DNA of 64,000 nucleotides from a bacterium (GTDB lineage: Bacteria; Zhuqueibacterota; Zhuqueibacteria; Residuimicrobiales; Krinioviventaceae). Positions 51,880 through 59,922 of this stretch are shown here, piece by piece. Every line of letters begins with the position of its first letter. Position 1 is the first letter of the stretch. Under the pieces are notes generated by a model that was not told where the DNA came from, searched no databases, and was given only the letters and a program-made list of their open reading frames with translations. Location of the stretch: positions 448,001 to 512,000 of the forward strand of contig CAXXFV010000023.1 of assembly GCA_963674595.2 (NCBI GenBank), in the 5' to 3' direction. A program made the translations under genes and the position numbers.

Positions 51880-52515
51880 ATGGGAAAATCAATGAATGAA
51901 ACGCAGTTAATACTCTTTATTATCACATCCCTGGTTGTTATTATTACGCCCGGTCAGGATATGGTGCTGGTCTTGTCGCGGGGCGTTACACAGGGTTCCA
52001 AAGCAGGCGTTGCTACGGCGGCCGGTGTGAGTGTCGGTTTGATCGGGCACACGCTGTTGACGGCGTTTGGTATGGGCGCTTTGTTAATGGCTTCGGAGAT
52101 GGTGTTTTCAGCTATAAAATATATCGGGGCTGCCTACCTTATTTACCTGGGAATTCAACTGCTCTTTTCAAAAACAAAACAACTGGGATTCCGGGATGTA
52201 ACGGCAACACCGTTATCGCGTTTGTTTTTGACCGGGGCGTTTTCAAATATTTCCAATCCCAAAGTAACGATCTTTTACTTTGCTTATCTTCCGCAATTCA
52301 TTTCTTCGGATGTTGCGAATCCTTTGCCTTTACTACTCATGCTCGGTGTCGGATTTTCCTTATTGACCTTTTTAGTAAAAGGAACAGTCGGTTATATGTC
52401 GGGTCGGTTTTCAGCGTGGCTACGGGCACGTCCTGCTGTTTTAAAATGGATAAATAAAACCAGCGGAACGGTTTTACTGGGACTCGGTGTTAAACTCGCT
52501 TTTGAGAAAAGATAG
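51880..52515 (+). CDS. LysE/RhtB family amino-acid efflux translocator
   Basis: ITPGQDM, KYIGAAYLIYLG and NISNPK motifs. Confidence 0.92.
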   Translation: MGKSMNETQLILFIITSLVVIITPGQDMVLVLSRGVTQGSKAGVATAAGVSVGLIGHTLLTAFGMGALLMASEMVFSAIKYIGAAYLIYLGIQLLFSKTKQLGFRDVTATPLSRLFLTGAFSNISNPKVTIFYFAYLPQFISSDVANPLPLLLMLGVGFSLLTFLVKGTVGYMSGRFSAWLRARPAVLKWINKTSGTVLLGLGVKLAFEKR

Positions 52516-52579
52516 TGCGATGAGAAAATTTTTGATTTTGGTATATTCAGGAAACGATAGTGAATAATTAAAAATCATC

Positions 52580-52631
52580 TTGAATAATGCTAAATATCAT
52601 ATTATATTACTTGTAGGTTAAACTACAAGTA
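52580..52631 (+). promoter_or_regulatory. Sigma70-like promoter with palindromic operator for the TA operon
   Basis: TTGAAT-N17-TATATT (52580-52608), then TACTTGTAG-N6-CTACAAGTA (52608-52631). Confidence 0.6.
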
Positions 52632-52642
52632 GGAGTAATACA

Positions 52643-52885
52643 ATGAGTGTTATGAGCATACGAATTGATGATAATAAAAGAAAAGCATTAAAAATTATCG
52701 CATCAATCGAAGGGAAAACAATGGGTGGGATTGTCTCTGATTTGATAGAGGATTATATTACTGAGAACATGGAAAAGGTTAAGGGACTTTCAGAAAAGGA
52801 AAACCTGAGAGAAATAATGAATATGTCTGAAAAATCGTTTATGGAGTGGGACAATGAAGACGATGAAATCTATAACATATTATAA
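52643..52885 (+). CDS. Putative antitoxin (ribbon-helix-helix N-terminus, acidic tail)
   Basis: MSVMSIRIDD...LKIIA..EGKTM..IV..LIEDY, with an acidic WDNEDDEIY tail. Overlaps the toxin gene. Confidence 0.8.
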   Translation: MSVMSIRIDDNKRKALKIIASIEGKTMGGIVSDLIEDYITENMEKVKGLSEKENLREIMNMSEKSFMEWDNEDDEIYNIL

Positions 52886-53210
52886 AAAATGGGATATTGT
52901 TCTGGTTCCGTTTCCGTTTACAGATTTGACAACGATAAAGAGACGACCTGCCTTGATAATTTCACCCGATGAATATAATACAAATTCGGATATTGTAATT
53001 GCTTTTGTTACAAGTAATTTAAACGTAGACTGTAGAATGGGCGATTATAAAATCGAACATTGGCAAGAAGCTGATTTACCAAAACCTTCTATGATACGTA
53101 TAAAGTTTGCTACTATAGACAAGTCAATAGTAATAAAAAGACTGGGGCGGATTGTAGAGAATGATCAGCAGAATTTCCAAAAACTGTTGATTGATTTTTT
53201 TAGCCAATAG
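52863..53210 (+). CDS. PemK/MazF family type II toxin (endoribonuclease)
   Basis: DIVLVPFPFTD....K.RPALIIS, A.VTS and L.KPS.IR..K..TI motifs. Start is 52854 or 52863. Confidence 0.9.
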   Translation: MKSITYYKKWDIVLVPFPFTDLTTIKRRPALIISPDEYNTNSDIVIAFVTSNLNVDCRMGDYKIEHWQEADLPKPSMIRIKFATIDKSIVIKRLGRIVENDQQNFQKLLIDFFSQ

Positions 53211-53295
53211 GCATTTGTAAATATCTTCAGAATTTGACTTTTCAAATGTTATTTGTTTTATTCTATCTTAATTTTACTAGAGTTAAATAAATTAT

Positions 53296-54600
53296 TTACC
53301 CCGGGCCCAATCCTGAACGTCCCAATCCGTTAAACGAAGGTTTGAGAAAAGTCAGTGCATTAACTTTACTCTGCACACCTGCTGTTTCCAGTTGAATCAA
53401 CATGCCTGATTTGGTTTTTTGAAATAAAGAAAACATTTCGGTAGAAATGGGGTCACCGGAGGTGTTTTTAATTTTCAGCGGATTGACCGGTCTGCCGTTT
53501 TCATACAAGGCATAATGAAGGTGTGGGCCTGTTGCCAGACCTGTTTTACCCACATAGCCGATAACATCTTTTTGTTTAACTTTTTTACCCTTGTGTATGT
53601 TTTTTGCAAATTTTGAAAGATGCCCGTACAGGGTTATGAAACGATTGTTGGCGTGACGAATTTTAATGTAATTCCCTAGCCCTTTGTTGCGTCCTTTTTC
53701 AATGATTGTGCCGTCTGCTGAGGCCGAAACCGGTGTGCCCGTGGGCGCGGCATAGTCGATGGCGTAATGGGCACGGACGATCTTTAAAATCGGGTGTCGT
53801 CTTGCGGCTGTAAAAGAGGAACTGATTCGGCTGTAATTTAACGGGGATTTTAAAAACATTTTCTGAAAAGAGCGGCCGGATTCGTCATAATAACCACCGT
53901 GTCCCTCCTGGTTTTGAAAATACACGGCTGTCATTGGCGTACCTGCCAATGTATACTGTCCGGCAAGGATTTTACCGTATTTAACAAATTCACCGGTGGA
54001 ATCCGGTTTGGATGTGTCCTGTAGAAAATATTTTTCAAAAATAATACGGAATTCATCACCCCGTCGCGGGTCTGTAAAAAAATCAATGTCCCATTGAAAG
54101 ATGTCGCTGAATGCTATAATAATGTCCGGCGTTTCGTTTAATGCCAGTACAGCGTCATATAGAGTGGTTTCTACGGTGCCTCTAAGAGCTTCCGTCTTTT
54201 TTATTAGCGGGATTTGCTGAATGTGACCGGTATAGTTGTTGGTAGAGTCATACACTACCCAGACTGTTTTTTCCCTTTGGGCCTGGTATTCAAAACAATG
54301 AACGGTTTGGGTCGAGTCCTGAAACAGGCGATAAGCATTCCTGGGTTTAATCTGGCGAACATTAAATACATCGGAAAAGGCTTTAATAATTTGTACCGCA
54401 ACCTTGCGGGATATATTTTCACGTAACAAAAGTTTTTCGAGCGTATCGCCTCTTTTAACAACGCCCTCTTTTATCAATAATGGGATGGATGGTGTTTCTT
54501 TTTGTATTACGTGTATGGGCTGTTCTATTCTGTTTTCAATACAATTCAGTAAAAATGAAAAAGAAAGTAAAACAATGAATGGTAATTTTTTAATAATCAT
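53296..54600 (-). CDS. M23 family peptidoglycan DD-metalloendopeptidase (MepM/Csd3-like)
   Basis: RISS.F...R.HPI, HYAIDYAA (HxxxD), YGHL and TGLATGPHLHY (HxH) motifs. Confidence 0.92.
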   Translation of the reverse strand: MIIKKLPFIVLLSFSFLLNCIENRIEQPIHVIQKETPSIPLLIKEGVVKRGDTLEKLLLRENISRKVAVQIIKAFSDVFNVRQIKPRNAYRLFQDSTQTVHCFEYQAQREKTVWVVYDSTNNYTGHIQQIPLIKKTEALRGTVETTLYDAVLALNETPDIIIAFSDIFQWDIDFFTDPRRGDEFRIIFEKYFLQDTSKPDSTGEFVKYGKILAGQYTLAGTPMTAVYFQNQEGHGGYYDESGRSFQKMFLKSPLNYSRISSSFTAARRHPILKIVRAHYAIDYAAPTGTPVSASADGTIIEKGRNKGLGNYIKIRHANNRFITLYGHLSKFAKNIHKGKKVKQKDVIGYVGKTGLATGPHLHYALYENGRPVNPLKIKNTSGDPISTEMFSLFQKTKSGMLIQLETAGVQSKVNALTFLKPSFNGLGRSGLGPG

Positions 54601-54687
54601 GGTGCTTTCGTAATTTTTTTATTTTTGAATTGTAAAAATAAGAACAAATATTATATTAATCAAGGCTCATAAATTTAAGGATATCGT

Positions 54688-55563
54688 ATGAAACGTATTT
54701 TATTAACCGGCGCCAGTGGATTTTTAGGCGGACATGTTTATACATTGCTGACAGGATCACATCATGTAATGGCCCTTTATAATAAAAATAAACCAAACAT
54801 TGCAAAAAATGACTGGACTTTTCTTGATTTAACCGATTCTGTTACTGTAAAAAGGGTTGTGAATGATTTTATACCGCATGTTATTATTCATGCCGCCGCA
54901 TTTAGTAATTTGGATGTTTGTGAAAAAAATCCGGAATCTGCATGGAAAGTAAATGTCAAAGCAACCCAAACACTTGCCGAATTATCAGCAAGTTTGGGCA
55001 GCAGATTTATTTATGTTTCCAGTGACATGGTGTATGACGGCAAGGGCTCCTTTTATAAAGAAGATGATCCTGTTTCTCCCATTTCTGTTTATGGACAGAA
55101 TAAAGTCGATGCTGAGAATATTGTCCGGGATGTGGTGAAAAATCATGTCATTGCCCGTGCCGCGTTAATTTACGGGAGGCATATAATCGGAGGGAACTCA
55201 TTTTCCGAATGGTTTGAAAATAAACTGGAGCAAAAGGAAAATGTTTCGCTGTATACCGATCAGTTTCGTACCCCGGTTCTGGTGAATAATTTAGCGGAAA
55301 TTCTGGTGGAAATGGCCGGCAATGATTTTATCGGTACCGTGCATCTTGGCAGTCCGGACAGAATTGATCGATATACTTTTGGAAAACAGTTGTGTCGAAT
55401 AGGCGGCTATGACCCCAATTTGCTACAACCCTGTTCCATGCATGATCACCATCCGGCTGCTCCGCGTCCGGCTGATATTTCTTTTTCCGTGGAAAAAGCG
55501 CAAAAGGTTTTTAAGACCAAACTGTTGACAACAGGACAGGGCCTGGAAAGAATGTTTCAATAG
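54688..55563 (+). CDS. dTDP-4-dehydrorhamnose reductase (RmlD) family oxidoreductase
   Basis: TGASGFLG, HAAA, SSDMVYDG, YGQNK, DQFRTP and APRP motifs. Not inside an rml cluster. Confidence 0.8.
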   Translation: MKRILLTGASGFLGGHVYTLLTGSHHVMALYNKNKPNIAKNDWTFLDLTDSVTVKRVVNDFIPHVIIHAAAFSNLDVCEKNPESAWKVNVKATQTLAELSASLGSRFIYVSSDMVYDGKGSFYKEDDPVSPISVYGQNKVDAENIVRDVVKNHVIARAALIYGRHIIGGNSFSEWFENKLEQKENVSLYTDQFRTPVLVNNLAEILVEMAGNDFIGTVHLGSPDRIDRYTFGKQLCRIGGYDPNLLQPCSMHDHHPAAPRPADISFSVEKAQKVFKTKLLTTGQGLERMFQ

Positions 55564-55587
55564 AAATAAACTGTTATTCATACCCGG

Positions 55588-57072
55588 TTACAGCAGTTTT
55601 TCGGCACCGGGCATGGCCGTGCTGGAAAAAATGATTTCTTTAAAATCGTTCTGGCTGATTTTAATTTCCGGGTGTTTTTTGCCCAAATATTCGATGTAAT
55701 AATCCCTGATCATACCGTCGATAAAAGATTTTTCATTCTGTCCTTCCACAATGCTTACCGTACAACCGCCAAAACCGGCGCCTGTCAATCTGGAACCGAT
55801 TGCGCCGTGCTTTAAGGCTGTTTCAACAAGTACGTCCATTTCTTCAATTGAGATTTCATAATTGTCGCGGCAGCTTTGGTGTGATTCGACCATAAGCTTG
55901 CCGAATTCCCGGATCCTGCCGGATTGCAGCATTTCTGCTGCCTGTTCAACACGGGCCGATTCGGTTATAACATGATCATAACGCATTTTGATTTTAAAAC
56001 CTTCTTCAGGCGGTTGAAACAGATCGTTTGATTTGAGTCGTAAAAATTTTTCCTGAAACTCGCTGTCCGACAGGTTGAGCTGTTGTTTTATATCATCCAC
56101 ACTAAAAATGTCTTTATCAAAGGTTTGCTGAACAATCTGATTATATTGCTCGGTATCTATATCAAATTTTTTTATATCGACATCACAAAGCCGCGCAACA
56201 TTTTCAATTTCATATCCATGTGATTTAAACGCACTTGACAGCAACGCTGCAGCAATACGGCATTCCACAGGACGTCTGTTGTAATTGTTTTTGGCTTTTT
56301 CTGTTTTTGGCGCCTGCATCAAAGAGTTGCTTATGATAATTTTATAGTTTTCGGGCAGGGGAATAGTCCGGGTGCGTAAGGGGAAAAAATCGATTTTCAA
56401 TGCGGCATTTTCTTTGCCCATTAAAGAAACTGCCTGGTCCATGCCGCCGCCTTCAGTGCCGACGAAACGTTCCGCGCGTGCCAGGCGTTCGGCAAGTTGA
56501 TCTTTTGCCATTTCGGTATTATTTACAGTTAAAAAGGTCATAGCTGTTGCGACAACCATGGCTGAAGATGAAGAAAGGCCGGATGCAGCAGGGACATTGC
56601 CATCATATACGGCATTAAATCCGTTAACCTCGCCTTTGTTTTCCTGTATATAGGGCAATAAATCAACAATTGCTGCCTTGACATAATTACCCCAATCACC
56701 GGCGTTATAGGGGGTGATTTTTTCCATAATTGAAAAGGTACGCTGTTCGAACCGTTCATTGGTGTTTTGTACGGAAACTGCCTTTGAATCGTTTACCGCA
56801 GCCAACACAAGAATATCCCGGGTTACAGCCATGGGCATAACCGGATAACCGTTATAGTCCGTGTGTTCACCAATTAAATTGACCCGACCGGGTGCACGGA
56901 TAATATTAATCTCCTGCTCCTGGAAAGATTGTTCGAATTTAGAGACCAGCTTTTTCAGTCTTGATAAAAAATGAGTTAATTCTGTTTCTGAATTTTGATA
57001 AAGTGGGAAGAGTTTTTGAAAAAATATTAAATTAGAATTTTCGAGTTCTTTTTTCAGAGTTGTCAGTTTCAT
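55588..57072 (-). CDS. galK: Galactokinase / N-acetylgalactosamine kinase (GHMP family)
   Basis: RAPGRVNLIGEHTDY, P..SGLSSSSA, GGMDQ and GSRLTGAGFGG motifs. Confidence 0.9.
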   Translation of the reverse strand: MKLTTLKKELENSNLIFFQKLFPLYQNSETELTHFLSRLKKLVSKFEQSFQEQEINIIRAPGRVNLIGEHTDYNGYPVMPMAVTRDILVLAAVNDSKAVSVQNTNERFEQRTFSIMEKITPYNAGDWGNYVKAAIVDLLPYIQENKGEVNGFNAVYDGNVPAASGLSSSSAMVVATAMTFLTVNNTEMAKDQLAERLARAERFVGTEGGGMDQAVSLMGKENAALKIDFFPLRTRTIPLPENYKIIISNSLMQAPKTEKAKNNYNRRPVECRIAAALLSSAFKSHGYEIENVARLCDVDIKKFDIDTEQYNQIVQQTFDKDIFSVDDIKQQLNLSDSEFQEKFLRLKSNDLFQPPEEGFKIKMRYDHVITESARVEQAAEMLQSGRIREFGKLMVESHQSCRDNYEISIEEMDVLVETALKHGAIGSRLTGAGFGGCTVSIVEGQNEKSFIDGMIRDYYIEYLGKKHPEIKISQNDFKEIIFSSTAMPGAEKLL

Positions 57073-57161
57073 TGTATATTCCTTATTTTTAGAATCTAAG
57101 AATAATCAATGAAATGAAAAAAATTCAAGTAATTATTTACTTAATTAGAAATTGAAATGCC

Positions 57162-57190
57162 TTGACATTCGTTTGTAACGTTACTATTTT
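57162..57190 (+). promoter_or_regulatory. Sigma70-like promoter with LacI-type operator in the spacer
   Basis: TTGACA-N17-TATTTT, with the perfect palindrome GTAACGTTAC at 57175-57184. Confidence 0.65.
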
Positions 57191-57280
57191 AAATAATAAA
57201 TTCCTTTTTGTTATGAGTGGAATATCTGTTTTTAAGATTCTGTTTGATAAAAAAAAGTTTCAGAATAGAAAGGACATTTA

Positions 57281-57820
57281 ATGAAATTGGCTGATTTTAA
57301 AGATGCTATGGACATGTGGCGGACTCCGGAACGTATTGTTTTTATAACTAGCGTTGATTCAGACGGAAAACCTGCGATTATTACTGTGGGTTGGAAAATG
57401 CGTTCATCTTTTAATCCACCCTCTTTTGCAATCGCTGTTCGACAAGACTCCCATATGCATCATTGTATTAAAACTTCCCGTGAATTTGTTGTCGCTGTTC
57501 CCGGTGCGGATTTGTCCAAAGAATCCCTTGTCTGTGGCCTTCGTTTAAAAGAGGGTGAGGATAAATTTGAAAAATGCAGTTTTGAAACCATCTCCGGGAA
57601 TTATATTTCAAGTCCGTTAATACGAGATTGTATTGCCAATTTTGAGTGTAAAGTTGTGGGGCACCTTGATTCGGGTGACCATACGATTTTCAACGGTGAG
57701 GTGCTGGCTTCGTGGGTTTCTGCAAAAAATGAACTCAAAAATCTTTTGGTCATAAATTCGGACAAAGGTTATACATTGCTGGCTGAAACGGAATCATATA
57801 AAATTGGTATTATTAAATAG
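57281..57820 (+). CDS. Flavin reductase-like (DIM6/NTAB) family protein
   Basis: SFNPP, EFVV.VP, FEC.V and GDHTIF.GEV motifs. Confidence 0.85.
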   Translation: MKLADFKDAMDMWRTPERIVFITSVDSDGKPAIITVGWKMRSSFNPPSFAIAVRQDSHMHHCIKTSREFVVAVPGADLSKESLVCGLRLKEGEDKFEKCSFETISGNYISSPLIRDCIANFECKVVGHLDSGDHTIFNGEVLASWVSAKNELKNLLVINSDKGYTLLAETESYKIGIIK

Positions 57821-57841
57821 CTTTTTGAACGGAGTAAGGGC

Positions 57842-58678
57842 GTGGATTGCCGATTGATGACATTTGAGGATACACCGCACCTGATGGACCTTGTACAATC
57901 GGCGGGCTGGAACCAGTGTGAAAATGACTGGCTTCGATATATACGTATGGAACCTGAGGGTTGTTTTGTCCTTGAAAAGGACCGAAAAATAATCGGGTCT
58001 GTTACAACCATTTGCTACGAACATAAAATCGGCTGGATTGGTATGGTGCTTGTGCATCCTGAATACCGCCGGCAAGGCATCGGTACTGATTTGATGAATA
58101 CGGCTTTAGATTACCTAAAACCAAAAGTTGATACAATAGGGCTGGATGCAACCGACCAGGGCAAACCGGTTTATGAACGACTCGGATTTAAAGCTGCTTA
58201 CTCATTAAACCGTTTGTTTGTAAAAAACAGTGAACAGCATAAAGATGACGAATGTCTGAAAATGTCCGCACAAGATATTGACAAAATCGTGCAGTTTGAT
58301 GCGGCATGTTTTGGAGCACGGCGAATGAATGTTATTTCCGAATTGTATGAGGAATTTTCAGATTTTAGTTTTTATACAATGACGGATAAAAAAATAAGCG
58401 GTTATATTATGGCCAATTGCGGTCGTAATGCCTGGCATATCGGGCCCTTTGTTGCCAAACGTGTTGAAGAGGCGGATAGATTATTAAAAACGTGTTTGTC
58501 CTGTTTACCGGAACAAACCATTTTTGTCGATGTGCCTGTTATTGATCAAACTTTAACATTGTTTAATAAATTTAACTTTGTACATCAACGTGATTTTGTA
58601 CGTATGTTTTTAGGTAATGAACCAAATCAGCAAAATTTATCGTCAGTTTATGCTACGGCCCGGGCTGAAAAAGGATAA
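57842..58678 (+). CDS. GNAT family N-acetyltransferase (two-domain, YitH-like)
   Basis: GWNQ...DW, WIGMVLVHPEYRRQGIG, LDAT..G..VYERLGF and IGP motifs. Confidence 0.88.
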   Translation: MDCRLMTFEDTPHLMDLVQSAGWNQCENDWLRYIRMEPEGCFVLEKDRKIIGSVTTICYEHKIGWIGMVLVHPEYRRQGIGTDLMNTALDYLKPKVDTIGLDATDQGKPVYERLGFKAAYSLNRLFVKNSEQHKDDECLKMSAQDIDKIVQFDAACFGARRMNVISELYEEFSDFSFYTMTDKKISGYIMANCGRNAWHIGPFVAKRVEEADRLLKTCLSCLPEQTIFVDVPVIDQTLTLFNKFNFVHQRDFVRMFLGNEPNQQNLSSVYATARAEKG

Positions 58679-58704
58679 AAATATTTACCAGACAAAGAAA
58701 AAGT

Positions 58705-58756
58705 TTGACTTTTATATGGCCATTACTTAATTTGGTTAATCGGTAACGTAACCGAT
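58705..58756 (+). promoter_or_regulatory. Sigma70-like promoter and LacI-type operator upstream of the regulator gene
   Basis: TTGACT-N17-TAATTT, followed by the near-palindrome ATCGGTAACGTAACCGAT at 58739-58756. Confidence 0.6.
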
Positions 58757-58784
58757 AAAGAAAGTTTTATTTAGGGATTTTATT

Positions 58785-59798
58785 ATGTCACGTGTCAGAC
58801 TTGAAGATATAGCTAAAATTTTAAATGTGTCCAAGGTTACCGTTTCCAAAGCGCTTCGGGATTATCCTGATATTTCTGAGGAAATGAAAAAAAAAGTCCA
58901 TAAAATAGCGCAGGAGGTAGGATATACTCCAAATTTTATAGCCCGAAATTTGTCCGCGCATAAAACAAACACGATTGGACTTGTTATCCCCGATGTTTCC
59001 AACCTGTATTTTTCTCATATTATTCACGGAATTATTGATTATGCCTCTGAATGCAATTATCAGATTATTTTGACCGTTTCGCGTGAAAATGAAGAAATTG
59101 AAAAAAATAATATTCTAACACTTATATCCATGCGTGTGGATGGTTTGCTGATTTCCATCTCCCAAAACGCCCAAAATTTGAATATTATTGAAATGGTTAA
59201 ACATGCTGATATCCCCCTGGTTTTCTTTGACCGTCATATTGAGAATGCAGATTATCACGTTGTAGAGGAAGACAATTTCGGCGGTGCCTTTAAAGCAACT
59301 GAATATATAATTGAGCAGGGATATACCAGGGTGGCCCATTTGGCGGGTTCGCTAAAAACGAGTATCGGCAGGGCCAGAAAAGCCGGCTATGAAGCCGCGT
59401 TGGAAAAAAATAATTTACCTATCCGTGACGAATATATTTACGAGTGCGGTTTTTCGAAAGAGGGTGGTTTTGCAGGAATGAACCAGCTTTTATCATTGAG
59501 TGATCCACCGGAAGCTGTTTTTACTGTCTGCGGGCCTGTAAGTGTCGGCGCCTATGATAGTGCAAAGGAACATAATATAAAAATCCCTCAGGATATTGGT
59601 ATTGTCGGTTTTGGATTTAGTGAATTTACAAATCTTTTAACTCCGCCGTTGACGATAATGAGCGAACAGCCAAAAATCCTTGGGCAAAGCGCTGTTGAAC
59701 TTTTAGTTAAAACGATAGATAATCCTTCAGCCAAGGTACAGCATATTATTCAGCCGTTGAACTTGGAGGTGCATGGGTCTATTATTCCTAAACAGTAA
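58785..59798 (+). CDS. LacI family transcriptional regulator
   Basis: LEDIAKILNVSKVTVSKAL HTH, GYTPN..AR.L hinge and a periplasmic-binding-protein-like sensor domain. Confidence 0.95.
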   Translation: MSRVRLEDIAKILNVSKVTVSKALRDYPDISEEMKKKVHKIAQEVGYTPNFIARNLSAHKTNTIGLVIPDVSNLYFSHIIHGIIDYASECNYQIILTVSRENEEIEKNNILTLISMRVDGLLISISQNAQNLNIIEMVKHADIPLVFFDRHIENADYHVVEEDNFGGAFKATEYIIEQGYTRVAHLAGSLKTSIGRARKAGYEAALEKNNLPIRDEYIYECGFSKEGGFAGMNQLLSLSDPPEAVFTVCGPVSVGAYDSAKEHNIKIPQDIGIVGFGFSEFTNLLTPPLTIMSEQPKILGQSAVELLVKTIDNPSAKVQHIIQPLNLEVHGSIIPKQ

Positions 59799-59922
59799 AT
59801 TCAATTCTCCCGGGGATTAAATCTATTTTTCATTGCACCATTTTTAAATTATGTAAAAATGCTTTGATTTCAGTTGAGATTATTAGTAACTTTTCAGTAA
59901 TTTATCATGAATAAAGCAATTA

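Noticed and set aside
41600-53250. Integrative element, prophage or integron covering the accessory block
   Set aside because: No integrase, transposase, tRNA target, att repeat or attC array was recognised. There is only compositional patchiness.
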